Of a stretch of 64,000 nt of DNA, positions 11,451-24,530 are shown one piece after another (the stretch's first letter is position 1; the number at the start of each line of letters is the position of its first letter). Under the pieces are notes generated by a model, which was given only the letters and a program-made list of their open reading frames with translations, ran no database searches and was not told the origin of the DNA. This DNA comes from Cyanophora paradoxa CCMP329. Taxonomy: Eukaryota > Plantae > Glaucophyta. Location of the stretch: the NCBI GenBank assembly GCA_004431415.1, contig QPMI01000180.1, positions 1 to 64,000 on the forward strand, given 5' to 3'. Both the position numbers and the translations under genes were made by a program.

Positions 11451-14400
11451 ATGGAACCGACAGGGCCACGCGGACGGGCCCGCCGCTGCCCGCGCAGCGG
11501 CCGGCCGCTGCGCGGGCCTAGGCCTGCGGCTGCCGTTGCAGCGGCATCCGCCCGCGGCGTCCTGTTCCTCGCGGCTGTGCTCAGCGCGGTGTGCCTCGCG
11601 GCCGTGGCCGCGGCGACGGCGACGGGATCTGCGCCCCATCGCAAGGCCGGCCCGGTGCGCATGCGGCGCTCGGCCTGCGCTTCGCCCCGAGTGTACGCAT
11701 ACAGGGCCGAACTGACGCCCCGCGGCCTAACGGCGAGCAGCATGCGCCGGCGCGGGCCTCGCGGCATGCGGCGTACGCGCATGACGCGCGGGCTCACCGC
11801 CTGCCGCGCGCCGAGGCGGGCGACGCGACGCGGCACCCCCGCAAGGCCCGCCACCCGCTCCCTGTCCCCAGGAGCCGCCCCCGGCTGAGCCGGCGCGGCG
11901 CAGATCTTCCTTCTGAGCCACACGATCGACACGGAGGCGGCCCCTGCGCTGGGCCACCACCGCGCCCTGGGCCTCCCCGCCCCCCGCGCCGTCCACGGCC
12001 GCCCCCACAAGAGCCACAGCCCGTCACCCTCCTCCTCCTCCGCCGCCCGCGCCAGTGCCTACTTCGTGCGTTTCTGAGCGTTCCCCCGCCTTAAGCATCG
12101 CCCCAGCGAGCTCGGGCACAGGTTCATATGCAGGCGGGACTGGCGGAGACGGAACGGCGCGCCGCGGAGGCCTGCATCGGGGCAAGCCTCGCGACCTACG
12201 TTCCCCACAACACGTACCTCGTCCCGCTTGACCCCGCCGCCGCCGCCCGCGCCACGTGCGTCGTACCCCTCTCCCCGACCCCTGTACCCCCTTGCCCCTT
12301 GCATCCGATTCGTATCCCCGTCCGCACTCAACATGAACCCCGCTCCAGTCCTACTACCCCAACTTACCTCGCTTCCTGTACCCCCTCCCTCTCCCTCCTT
12401 TTCACGTACCCCTCGCGAACCCTCCTCCCTTCCACCTCCCCCCGCGCGCCCCCCCCCTCCCCCCCCTCTGGGTTTACCTTCTTCTGCCCTGTTCCTTCCC
12501 CCCAACTCTTCCCCCTCCCCTCCCCTTCCTCTCCCCCCCCCCCCCCCCCCTAGGCCTCTTCCCTTCCGCGCCCATCTCACCCTTTGCCTCCGCTCCTCTC
12601 GCAGGGCGTGCCCCGGGGTGCTGTGGGTGGACGCGATGCACCCCGCCCACAAGCTGCACCGCGCCGCCGACGCCGTCCCCGGCCTCGCCCCCTTCTATGA
12701 GGTCGCCTTCGCCTCCGCCGCCGGTCCCTTCGCAGACTCCCCCGAAGCCGGCGCCGCCGTCGGTGCGCCCTCCTCCTCATCCGTTCCCTTTCCGTGGCTG
12801 ACCGGCGCGGCAGAGGAGCTGCGGACAGCGCTGAAGGCGGCGGGCGTGGCGGCGAGCGTGAAGCAGGGCTTCGGGGCGCACGCGCGCGTCTCCTTCGACC
12901 CTGCCGCCGTCGACGCCGCCGCCCTCGCCGACCTCCTCGCCGAGCAGGTGCCGGCCCCCTCCACAGTCCCCCCCCCCCAACCCCCCACCCCCCCCCCCAA
13001 CCCCCATCGCTCTCCACCCATTCTTCCCGTTCATCCCCTCCCCCACACCCTCCCCCGCTCCCACACACCTGTCCTCTCCCTTCTCCCTCCCTCCCCTCTC
13101 CTCCGCCCTCCTCCGCCTTCTCCCTCCCTTCCCCTTCCTTCCCCTTTTTCCCCTCCCCCTTCCCCTTCCCCTTCCCTCCTTCCCTCCCCCCCCGGCTTCC
13201 CCTCTCTCCCCCCCCCTTTCTCCCTCCCCTCTCCACCTCGTCCCATACAGCCCACTGCACCCCACCCCCAGCCTCCCTCCATCCCCCTCCCCTGCCCCCT
13301 CCCCTCTCCATCCCCCTCTTCCTCCTTCCTCTCCTCTTTCCTTCCTCTTCTCCCTTTTTTTCCTCTTCCCCTCTCCTCCTTCCCCATCCCCCACTTCTTC
13401 TCCCCTTCCCCCCATTCCCCTTCTCCCGCCCTCCCCCCCCCCCCCCCCCGGTCCCCGACTCACCTTGCCCCGCCCCACCCGCCGTGTGGTAGCCGCTGGT
13501 GACGTCGGTGCTGCGGGGGGCCGTGGCGCGGCCGCTGGACTACTTCGCGGCGCGCGTCCTCCAGTCGGGCACGGACGCCGTCGGCGCCGCCAGCACGCCC
13601 CTCTACGACCTCGGCCCGCCCCCGCCTCCCGCCCCCGCCGGCCACTCTAGATCCGGCCCCCCCCCCCCCCCCCCCCCTCCTCACCTTGGCGGGCAGGGCT
13701 GGACGGGACGGGCGAGGTCGTCGCTGTGCTGGACGACGGCGTGGACTTTGACCACTGCTTCTTCGCGGAGGACGGCTGGGAGGCCTCGGGCCGGACGCCG
13801 GCGGAGGTGGCCGCGGAGCTCGCCGCGCCGGACGCCGCCCGCCGCAAGCTCGTCGCCCGCCAGCTCCTCGTCGACCGCGAGGACACGCCCGTGCGCGCGC
13901 GCCCCTCCGCTGGCGTCGCCGGCCGTGAAATCTGAGCGCCCCGCGCGCCAGGACTACGAGCTCCTGTACCACGGCACGGCCGCCGCGAGCGTCATCGCCG
14001 GCTGCCCCTCCGCCAACTGGCCCGTCGCCGCCGAGCGCGACGCCATGGCGCGCCCCCCCTCCCCCCCTCCCCTTCCCCCTTCCTCCCCCTTCTCCCCCCC
14101 CCCTCCCCCCCTCCCCCCGCCTCCACTCCAGCTCCTTCCCCTGATCGCTTCGCCGCGCCAGGCAAAGCACTGCGGCGTTGCACGCGGCGCAAAGCTATTC
14201 GTGCAGGGCGTCGGGACCGGGTCGGGCAGCCTGGTGCGCCCTGCCTTGCCGGTCCCGTGCGGGGCGGGCCGGCGGCCGACGGGGCTGCCTTGCAGGACAT
14301 TCCCGCGGACCTCATCGGCAAGGCCCTTGCGCCGGCGTACGAGGCCGGCGTGCGCATCCACTCCAACTCGGTGCGCCTCCTTCGAGGCCTCGCATTCGAA

Positions 14401-17400
14401 CTCGCGCCCCCTTCATTCAAACTCCGCGCCGACTCGCCGGGGGCAGTGGGGCTCGTCGAAGCCCGGCGAAGAGCAGTTCTACACGCCGACCAGCGCCCAG
14501 TTCGACTTCTTCGCGTGGCTCAACAAGGACTTCCTCCCCGTCTTCGCCGCGTGCGCCTCCCCGCGGCCGGCTCCCGCGCGCGGCCGCTGGCGTCCGCTCC
14601 GGCCCCCGACAGGCGAGGGGCGCGTGCAGGGGCAACGAGGGGTTTGGCGGGACGCCCAGGACGATCGGCTCCCCCGGTGCGAGCCGCTCGACGCCAGCGC
14701 TGGCTTGCCGCGAGTGCGCCGCTGATGCCGCCCGCCGCGCAGCGTCGGTGAGTGGCGCCGCCCCAGTCGGCTGCAGCGCGCGCTGAAGCGTCGACGTCGC
14801 CCCTCGCCACCGACCCGCTCGCCAGTCCAAGAACGGGTGCGCGATTTCGTCCTGGGCCGAGAAGTTTGCGCACGGCTGACGGGGGCCGGGCGGGGAACCG
14901 AAGGCTCGCGGTGGCGGCGGCGATGAGCTCGCGCCGCTCCTTCGCGAGCTCCTTCCCCTTCGAGATCATCACGGGCGCCGAACCCAACATGGCCAGGATC
15001 GACGCGGCAAGCTGCGCGGCGACGGGGCTGCCGCTGGGCCACCCCGACACGCCGTGCCCCGGCACGGACGGCTGCTGCGCCGACTCCATCTCCAGCGACG
15101 CCAAGGGAGACTGGAGGACGGTGCGATGCCGCGCGGCCGCCCTCGATCGCGATCGATGGATCTCGAGGCGGGGCGCCGGGCGGCAGGTGGTGCGGGACTG
15201 GTGGGCGGCCTTCAACGAGACGAGCGAGGCGGACCTGGCGTACTACTCGAGCCGCGGGCCGGCCTTCGACGGCCGCAGCCGCCCCAACATCGCCGGGTGC
15301 CCCACCCCGAGCTCGAGCCCGCCCCCGTGTCGGCCCCCGCAGCCGCCGCCGCTGCCGGCAGAGCGCTCACCGCTTCGGGCGGCGGCGCAGGATCGGGACC
15401 TACGTCGTGGCCGCCAGGGCCGACTCGAACTTCACCTTTCCGGGGCAGTGCGGCTTCTGTGCGCCCCGGCCCGGCCCGGCTGCGTGGCACGGCCCCGCGC
15501 CCTGCTCTGTTCGCTCACTCCAAACGACGCGCGCGCGCGGCAGACGGGCCGAGGGCGGACGCGAGCGTGGTCGGGAGCAGCATCCCCGCCCTGGAGACCT
15601 TCACTGGTTCGCGATCGATTGCAGTGGCTTTCGATTGCTTCGAGTTTCTTGATTTAATTTGATTTCCATGCTCTGCGATTGCGACGCAAAGGCACCAGCG
15701 CGGCCACCCCGACAAGTGCGGCTCCCTTCAACAATTGCTTTTGAGCAGATGAAGCTTCCTCCGTCCCCCTGATCGCGACCACCGTGCTGCAGTCTCCGGC
15801 GCCGCGGCGCTCGTTCGGCAGTACTTCCGCGACGTGAGGCGGAGCCCCGGCGCGCGCTCTAGCTGCCGCACCGCTGACCTTCTCCTCGGATCCAGGGCTT
15901 CTACCCCGGGGGCAGCAGCGGCTCGGGCCCCTCGATCAGCGCCTCCGCTTCGCTCGTCAAGGTCCGCATAACGCTCTAATATTTTAATGGCTCCGCCGCC
16001 TCCAGCCAAGGCGGCGCCGCGCCTTTGACGGCCCCCGCACACGCAGGCGGTGCTCCTCAACGCGGCGCGCCCCCTCGCGGGCGTCCAGCGGCCCGGGTAC
16101 TCCTCGGAGCGCGGCTTCTTCCCCCCCACGCCGGCGAGGGCCGGCGAGCCGAACTTCGACAGCGGCTTCGGGCTGCCGGTGCTGACGCGGGCCCTCTTCT
16201 TTGAGGGCGCCAGCTCCCGCAACCTCACCTTCTTCGAGCGCAACGTCACAGCGAGTGACGCCGGCGCCGTCCACGGGGTGCGCGCGCCGTCGCCTGCCGG
16301 ACAGCCCGCCTGCCTGCTCGAAGTGACGCGCCTGCTCCCCGCGCGCGCCGACAGTTCACCGTCAAGATCGCCAACCCCGCCGAGGAGCTGCGCGTCACGC
16401 TCGTGTACGCCGACTACCCCGCCTTCGGGTGCGCAGCCCGCGGCGAGCTCAAGCAATCGCAATGGGCGCCCCGCTGAGCGGCCGGCGGCAGCTCGGCGGC
16501 GATCGCGCTGGTGAACGACCTCGACCTCGCGGCCTCGGTCGACGGCGGCCCCGCGCGGCACCCGAACGGGCTCGGCGGGCCGGACGCTCTCAATAACGAG
16601 GAGGCCATCACGCTCCCCGCCGCCGACCTGCACGCCGGCGCCCTCGTCCACATCAACGTCACCGTGCGAGGACACGCCGCTTTAATTCGATTCCATTCCG
16701 CCCGTCCCGGCCACCCCTGACAGGGGCCGCCCGGCCGGGGCCAGGTCCGCAGCATGCGCTCGCCCGACGCGGCCGGCCCGCTCCTCTACACCCTCGTCGT
16801 CACCGGCGTGCGCTCGGGGGGCCTCCAGGGCTCGCGGCCTCCAGTCGGGCTCAAATCGCGCGCGCCCCGCGCAGGGCTTCCTCCGGGAGGACGCCGCGGC
16901 GCTGGGGGCGGACCTCGTCGCCCCCGCCGGCGCCGGCCCCAGCGTCGTCCCCTACGTCCGCCTCGCCCCCACGGGGCCCGAGGAGGCCACGGAGCTCGCC
17001 CACCCCTACTGGGGCCGCAAGCACTTCGACGCGTGCGCCCCGCCCCGCCCCTCTCCGCTCGCTCGCCGCTCGCTGAGCGGCTCGAGCGCGCCGCGCGCTG
17101 CAGGCTGGGCCAGGACGTACTCTTCGCCGTCGAGCGGCCCCCGGCCGACCTCACCGGCGCCCGCATCGCCCTCGTGCGCCCCAAGCGAGCCCCGGCCGGC
17201 CGGCCCCGCTCCAGATCCCCGTCTCAGCCGTGTGTGTTGCAGACGTGCGCGGTGGCGGCGCCGGCGGCCAACGCGAGCGCCTCGACGACCCGCCCCGCCT
17301 CGGGCTGCGTCCAGGCCGGCCTCGTCTACGCCTCCTACGCCCTGTCCGCCCCCGCCCCGCCCCGCCCCGTCCCGTCCCGGGCCAGCTCGCCGCCTGCTCA

Positions 17401-20400
17401 AGGCCTCGGGCAGGGACACGCTGCAGCAGGAGACTGCGGCCGACGGCGTAACGGTCTGGTGCGTCCCCCCACCCCCCCTTCCCCCCCCCTTCCCCCCCCC
17501 TTCCCCTCCCCCTTCCCCCCCCTTCCCCCCCCCCCCCCCCCCCCCCCACACACACACACCCCTCCTCAATCAAGATTGACGCGGGGGCGGTGCAGGCGGA
17601 TCGACGCGAAGTTCGTCGCGTGCTGGCCCACGGGCGTCCTCCGCCTCGACCTTGTCGGGCCCGACCGCGCCCTTCTCGGCCCCGGCGCTCCCTTCGAGCT
17701 CCAGTTCGTCGGCAGTGCGCGCCGCCCGCCCTCCCCCTCGCCCGGCGGCCCGACCCGCTGCTGCCTCCCTGGCACGCGCGTGCACACACTCAGGCCGCCC
17801 GCGCGCAGAGCCGGCGGCCGAGTGGCGCGCGCGGATGGACTTCGACCTTCCGCGCGGCTTCCACGGGTTCGAGAGCTCGGCCGGCGACCCCCTCTTCTAC
17901 ATCGCGCAGCTCGAGGGTTCGCACGCGACCTCCTCGCCCCCTCTCCAAGCCCTCTCATTCTGGCCCATGGACGGCCGACGCGCCCCCGCGTGCGCAGAGG
18001 TGAGCATCCTGGCGAGCGCGGAGCCGTCCTGGCAGTGCCCCTTCGCCGCCTACCGCGCGATGCCCGCCGGCGACCTCGTCCAGGCGCGCCCCCCCGCCCC
18101 CCGGGCCCCTCGTCCCAGGGACGCCTCCTTCCGATCCCGAAGCCGACTTAGCTTGAGCGCGCCGCCCCCGCACGCAGCTCGCCGGCCCGGGGCTCTGGTC
18201 GCAGGCGAGCGCGTGGGCGACGCTCGAAGTGGTCGACGAGGATCTGGGCCTCAACCAGCGCCGCTTCCGCGTGGCGCCGGCGGCCGCCCTCGCCAACCGC
18301 CCGTGGCGCGCCTTCGCCGCCGTCGCGCTCGACAAGGCGCACCCTGACTACCCCGCGTCCGCGCCCCGCCCCGCCCGCCCCCCGGCCCCCTTCCCGTCGC
18401 TCTCTCGTACGCTTAGCGCTGGTGTGCGGGGGCCGGGGGCAGGTTCGCGGCGGCCGAGCACATCGACTTCGTGCTCTTCGACCGGTTCGGGTCGTCGTCG
18501 AGCCTCTCCTTCCAGTGTGCGTCCGCCCCATGGCCGCCGCCGCCGCCGCACGCCCTCCTGGTACCGCTGGCTCACGCGTGGGGGCAGACATGGCGCCGCC
18601 CTCGGTGCTGGCCTCCGCGGTGAAGTACGCGGCGGATGCGCGCGCCGCCGTCGCCGCCAACGATACCGGTGCGCCCCCCTGCCGCTTCCCCCCGGCACCG
18701 CCCCCGGGTTCCGTTCCGAGCCCTGGGCTTCCCCGCCGGCAGCCGCGCTGCGGGCCCTGCCGCTTGCGTGCGCGGCGGCGCCCTTCGCCTCCGCCTCGTT
18801 CGAGCTGCGGACGGAGGTGCTCCCGGAGCTGGAGGCGAGCGGGGCCTTCGCCCCGGGGCCGGGGACGGTGGCGAACCGGAGCGAGGAGGTGCGGTGCAGC
18901 TGGGCCGGCCTGCCCGACGACGCCGCCTTCGGCCGCTCCTTCATCGCCCTAAGTGCGGCCCCCGCGCCCCGCCGCGCCCGCCCCGCACGCGCCCGGCGAG
19001 GGCGCCGCGCAGTGTCCGTGGACGCCCTCGCCGAGGGCGCGAACGAGACGGTGCTGGGCGGCAGCCTGCGGGCGCGGGCCTTCCCCGCCGGCCCTGCCTT
19101 CAACCCCCAGACCACCGCCTTCAAGCCCATCTCGACCCCCGCGGGTGCGCCCGGCCCGGCCGGCGCCCCTGCCCCGCGCCCCCCGCGCCGCGCGACGAGC
19201 GGCGTGCGGGGGCGGCAGGTCGGCGCGCTTCGGCCTCGCGTGTCTCCCGAAGGGCCGCTACGCCTGCGCCGTCGTCCTGCAGCAGGCCCCCGCCTCCTCC
19301 TTCAGGTGCGCCCCTGGCCACCCGCCCCCGCCCCCGCCCCGCCCCGCCCCGCCCCCGCCCCGCCCTGCAGCCGATCGCGCTCGGCCGGCGGGCGGCAGGT
19401 TCGGGGCGATACGAATGGGGGAGGAGGACGCGGCGAGCTGGGCGGTCGACCGCGGCTCCGTCGACGCGCTTGTCTACGGGCAGGTCCGCAGCCGCCAGAG
19501 AACTCGCACGCGGCACTCTTTCTATTTTGATAATTTCGTCTAAATGGCGGCGCATGCGCAGTGCCCCGACGTGGCCGCCTTCGACGTTTCCGACGCTGGC
19601 AGCCTCCTCTTCTCCGGCGCCGGTGCGCATGCACGCGCGCCGCCAGCCGCCCCCCTGCAAAGCCCGCTGCCTCGCCGCCCCGCCCGACGCACCGCGCGGG
19701 CCAGGCGCCAGGCCGGCTCGCCTCGAGACGCGCTACAACGCGACCGACGCGCCGGATGTGCTGCGCTGCGCGCTGTCGATCCCGGGCGGGCTCGACTCCT
19801 GTTACACAAAAGGGCTCTTCGGCGGGACTATTATCTCCGAGCGGGTGCTCGGGCGCCGCGCGCCCCGCGCGCCGCCCTCGGCCCACCGCCCCGCCCCGGC
19901 AGGTCGGCTTCTACTCCGGCGATGCAATCCAGAAGTTCGAGAGGCTGGTGCGCCGGGCTGACTTCCGAAGCGTTCTGACGCGCAGCCATACCGCTAGCCG
20001 CTACTGTAGCTGAGTGCCCTCCGACGCAGAAGGCGGCTGCGGAGCCGGCGTACAAGACGCCGGCCTACGGGCCGCTGCCGCTGAAGCTCTCCCTGACGAA
20101 CGAAGCGATTGGGAGCGAGGCCCTCGTCGAATACCCCTTCAACATCACGGTGCCGAGTACCCTCCGGCTCCCCGCTCCCCCGCCCCTCATCCCCCCCCCG
20201 AAAAAAAACTTCCCCTCCTCCTTCCCGCACCCCGGCCGCGGCTCGCCTCCTGGAGCTCACGCCGAGCTCGCGTCCCCGGGCAGGGCTACCTGGCCGACGC
20301 CGCCGCGGCCACCGGTGCCGCGGCGCACCCGCCCGGTGCCCTGCCCCCCATGGTCGCCTGCGGCCTCTTCGCCTACCCCTCCTTTCTCGCGAGTGCGCGC

Positions 20401-23400
20401 CGAGCCTGTGCCCCGCCTGCGCCGCGCCGTACTTGACTCTAGGGGACGGCTGCTGCAGCGTCGCCGCCGAGCCGGTTCAAGACGTCCAGCGACTTCTTCG
20501 TGGTGCAGCCGCGCTTTCTCCACGACCCCGAGACCCTCGAATTCGTGCGCCGCGCTCCGCCTCGGACTCGAATTTCGCAAAGTCGCATCGCGCGAGCTTG
20601 CGCACGCTCGCAGAGCCCCGGGGACTTCGTCGCGTTCGGCCCGCCGCCCGTTCCAGGCGCGCCGACCTCTCCCGCCCGCGGCCTTTCATCGCGCCTTCTC
20701 ACGTGGAAGCCGGCTCGCCTCCGCAGTCTGCGAGGAGGTGATGCAGCGGCTTCAGTGCGACGTCTGCGCCGCAATGGTGCGCGGCTGCGCGGCGACGGGG
20801 CCGGCTGGGCGACCCTGAAGCTTGACGCCGGCGCGCAGCTGCAGCGGCCGTGGCAGCTCGGCCCGCTCGAGCCGCAGCGCATCTGCGCCTCCATCACCGC
20901 CGCCGCCGCCTCCGACGCTGGCCCCGGTGCGCCCTGCCCGCGGCCGGCCGCGCCGTTGGCCCCGAGCAGCGCTGATCAGGGCCTGCTGCGGGCAGGCGCG
21001 CTGCTGGCGGCGCTGCTGCCGCCCTCCCCTCCGTCCGACCTCGCCGTCCGCAAGTGCGCGCACCGGGGCCGCCTGCATGCATAAATGGAAGCCTCCAGCT
21101 CGAGCCGACCCCGGCCCCGGCCCCGCCCGCCCGCAGGCTCTTCGCGATGTTTGTGGCGGCGGGCCACGCGAACGGGTCGGACCCGGCGGTCGCCTCGCCG
21201 GCGCACCCCTGCAGGAGCCTCGCAGCCGCCCGCTCCGCCGAGCACGCCGCGGCCTGCGCGCCCTTCCTCCGCTGGGTCCGCCCCCCGCCGGCGCCCCGCC
21301 TTTGCCGCTGCCTCCTGGCGGGCCGCCTCACGGGCCTCGCACAGGCGGACGCTGTCGCCGGGCGCCTCTTCGCCCCCGCCTGCGAGGAGCTCGCCGCCTC
21401 CGCCCTCTTCGGTGCCCTCTCCTACATCTCCCCTCCTCCGGCTCCTGCGGGTCTCGGCCGACGCGCACGCCGCTACCGTGCAGACGTCGAGGGCTGGAGG
21501 CGGCTGGCGGGCGGGGCGGAGTACGCCCTGAACGCGACGACCTCCCCCGCCTTCGCCGCCCACCTGCGGCTCGCCCCCCTGCCAGCCCTGCTCTCCCATT
21601 CGCCTCTAAAAGACCCCACAGGAGCGCGTGCACGAACAACGTCCTCGCCAACCGCTCCGGTGCGCCGGCTCCTCTACCACCGCTCTTTCTCGTTTTCGCT
21701 AATTTCGCGCTCGCTTCTCGCTTCTCGCGTGCGCAGGCGACGGGTGCGCTTCTCTCCGTCTCTGCCGCGAAGTCAAGCCCGCCGTCTGAGCGCGGGCTCG
21801 CGGGACGGCAGCGCCGTGTGCAAGGCGTCCCCCGGGGTCGTCGGCGGCCTCCTGAAGCGGTCGACTGAGCTCGCCGCCGAGCCGGCGCCCCTCGGCCCCG
21901 TCACAGTCCGCCCTCCCGCGCTCGTCCCCTTGATTCCGTGAATCGGCGAATGAGACTCGTTCCCTCGCAGGTGCACATCACGTACCCGATGGAGAGCCCG
22001 GAGGCCTGCCGCGCCTTGTCCGCCGCCTTTTCACCTTGTCGCTTTGTCCGCCGCGCCACCGCCGACCTCTCGGGCTCTGCAGCGCGGGGGCGCAAGACGC
22101 CGAGAACTTCGCCGCCGCGGCGGTGGAGGCGCTGCGGGCCTCCGACGCCGCCGCCGGCGCCTCCAGCCTCGCCTCGCAGGTCCGCGCCCTTCGTGATCAT
22201 CCGCCCCTTCGAGCGAGCGGGCGCGCCGCGCAGGTGGCCGCCTCGCGCCCCGAGTGCTTCGTCGACGCGTGCGGCGCCCGCCTGCCGCTGCCGCCCGTCG
22301 GCGCCGGCCTGCCGCCGCTGAGCCGCGCGGCGCCGCCGGCCGCCCACGCCGCCGTCCGGGTGCGGCTCTCGGCGGGCCGAAGGAGGGCGACCCGGCGCCG
22401 GGGGCGCTGGCGGGGCGCTGCGGGCGGGGGCGTGCCGCTGGGGAGGCTCGCCGGGGCCTGGAGCTCGCCGTGCCGGCCTTCCGCGGGGCCAACCGCACGC
22501 TCCTCCCCGGCGGCCGCGTCCGCTACACCGCCACCAAGGCGCGCCCCTCCGCGGGCGCGGCCGCGTCGGGGCGCGCTGGCGCTGACCGCCGGGCGTGCCT
22601 GCAGGTCTTCGAGACGGTGCGGGTGCAGCCGGCGGTGCTGCTCTTCCCCGTGCCCCCACCGCCCTCGGCGCGCGCCTCGGCGGCGGCGGCGGCGCGCGAG
22701 CGCAAGTGCGCGGCGCTGGCGGCGCAGGCGCGGCTCCCCGCGCTGCGGCGGCGGCTGCTGGCGGCCCTCGCGGGCGACGCCGCCGCGCCCGACTTCGACG
22801 CGTCCATGGCGCCGCTCGCCGACCCGCTCGACGGGACCCCCGCCATGGCCGTCGCCTGCGACACCAGCGGCGCCGCGCCGCGCCTCGCCCTCAACCTCAC
22901 CCTCTGGGACAACGTGAACCCGTTCACCGCCCGCAATGCGCGGGGCGTCCCTGCCGGCGGCCTCGTCCCGGGGGCCGACCCCGCCGGCCCGGACGCGGCG
23001 GGGCGGCTCCTGGGGCACCTGTCGGGGCCGGCCTTGCGCGCCTCGCTGCGGCTGCTGGGCCTCGCGGGCCCCGAGGCGGCGGCCGTCGGGCGGGGCGGAC
23101 GCTGCGGAACGTGAGCGTCGCCGGGGAGTTCGTGGAGGAGGGCGGGCGGGCGGGGGCCGCCGACGCCGACGCCCTCGCCCGCGCCGCCGAGGCGAGCGCC
23201 CTCGCAGACCTCGCCGCCCGCCTCCTCGCCGGCACCGTGGCGCGCCCCCTCCCCGCGCCCCCTGCAGCTGGCAGGCCGCCAGCGCGAGCCAGCGCTGAGC
23301 GTCACGGGACCGCAGAACAAGGGCCCGGGGGAGAGCAAGCTGACGGCCGCGTACAACTTCACCCTCACCTTCGCCAACCTCACCGAGGCCGGCGCGCCAC

Positions 23401-24295
23401 GCTCTTCCGAGGCGGCGCTCGCGGTCTCGCCTCTGACTGCTACCGCCGGCGCAGAGTACAACGAGACGCTCGAGGCGCACCCTGCGCCCCTCGGGGCCGC
23501 CCTCGTCCGCGCCCCCTCCGGCCCGCCCCGGGGCCCCGGGCCTCGCCGCGCTGAGGGGCGCCGGGGGCCGGGCGCGCGCAGTGGGCGGACGAGATCTATG
23601 CCCTCCTCGCGTCGCTCCTAAAAGACCGGCCGGCCTGCGCCGCCCGCGGCCGCTGCCTCCGCCCCGAGCAGGCGCGCTGAGCCAAGCCTCCGCCCGGGCC
23701 GGCGTCGCTCCGGAACCGCGGGCTGCAGCCTTACAGTCGGCGCGCAGGACGGGGCGGAGGCGTCGGCGGGGGTGCGGCGGGCGGCGGCGCGGGCGCTGCT
23801 GCAGGAGGCGGGCCCGAGCGGGGCGGAGGCGGTGAGCGCCGTGCGCCTCGCCTGCGGGGCCGACGACGGCTGCGTCGTCGGCGGCCGCGACTTCCAGGTC
23901 CGCTCCCCCCCCCCCCCCCCCTCCCCGCTCCCCCCGCCGCCGCCCCCGCCGCCACCGCCACGGTCCGATTGCTGCTCACTTATTGTGGCCACGTGCTTGC
24001 CTGCGGCGCCGACATCAGGCGCCGAACCTGGCAGCATCGCCGATTGGCGGCTCGGCCCTCCGCACCGGCTCCACCATCGTCGTGCCGTGCGCTTTCCGCC
24101 CGCCCCCTCCCTCGCCCCGCCCCGCCCTGACGCCTCCTGACGTACCCCCGCAGCTCGTCCCCGGAGCTCGCCTCCGGATCCGCTTCGAAGGCGGCGGCCG
24201 CGTCGCTGCAGCTGCTCCTGTCCCTCCTGGCGGCCGCGGCGCCGGTCGCGGTCAGCCTCTGGGCGCGCGAGCACGCCCTTTACCGCTTGCTTTGA
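11451..24295 (+). CDS. Very large secreted S8 subtilisin-like protease (KP-43/Tag type) with a long uncharacterised C-terminal extension and a hydrophobic C-terminus
   Basis: Signal-like segment VLFLAAVLSAVCLAAVAAA; prodomain YVPHNTYLV; Asp motif GLDGTGEVVAVLDDGVD (GAC 13732); His motif HGTAAASVIAG (CAC 13970); AGNEG; SPASSKNGLAV; Ser motif GTSAATPTISGAAALVRQYFRDGFYP (AGC 15697); LVNDLDL; YTLVVTG. Plus-strand exons continue to ...SLQLLLSLLAAAAPVAVSLWAREHALYRLL* (TGA 24293-24295). That 17-24 kb belongs to the same gene is likely, but I did not splice it fully. Confidence 0.8.
12948..13491 (+). repeat. Long polypyrimidine (C/T) low-complexity intron; similar tracts in neighbouring introns (~12260-12600, ~14050-14160, ~17460-17590)
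   Basis: GT at 12948 to TAG at 13489-13491; composed mostly of C and T with long C homopolymers. Confidence 0.85.
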
Positions 24296-24299
24296 GGCT

Positions 24300-24530
24300 C
24301 AAGCGCTTAAATTTTTATTTACTTATTTTCGTATAATTTCGCGGATTTTATTGTTGAGTGCACATAAGTGAGTACAGTAGAATGTAGGTGAGATACAGCA
24401 GGGGCGAAGATCTCACCGTGGCACAATAAAAAAAGCTGAGTGTAATTGTACTTACTGTTATATATTGTGTTGAATGATAACTAATGGCCCAGTGGATCGA
24501 AATATTTAATGATACCGGCGAGAATACCGC
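24300..24530. other. AT-rich intergenic island between convergent genes (3' UTR/termination region)
   Basis: Sharp drop in GC with T- and A-runs and an AATAAA at ~24425, between the stops at 24295 (+) and 24801 (-). Confidence 0.6.

Noticed and set aside
12059-13502. Pro-rich and Gly/Glu-rich ORFs resembling extensin or collagen
   Set aside because: They are translations of the polypyrimidine introns of the S8 gene.
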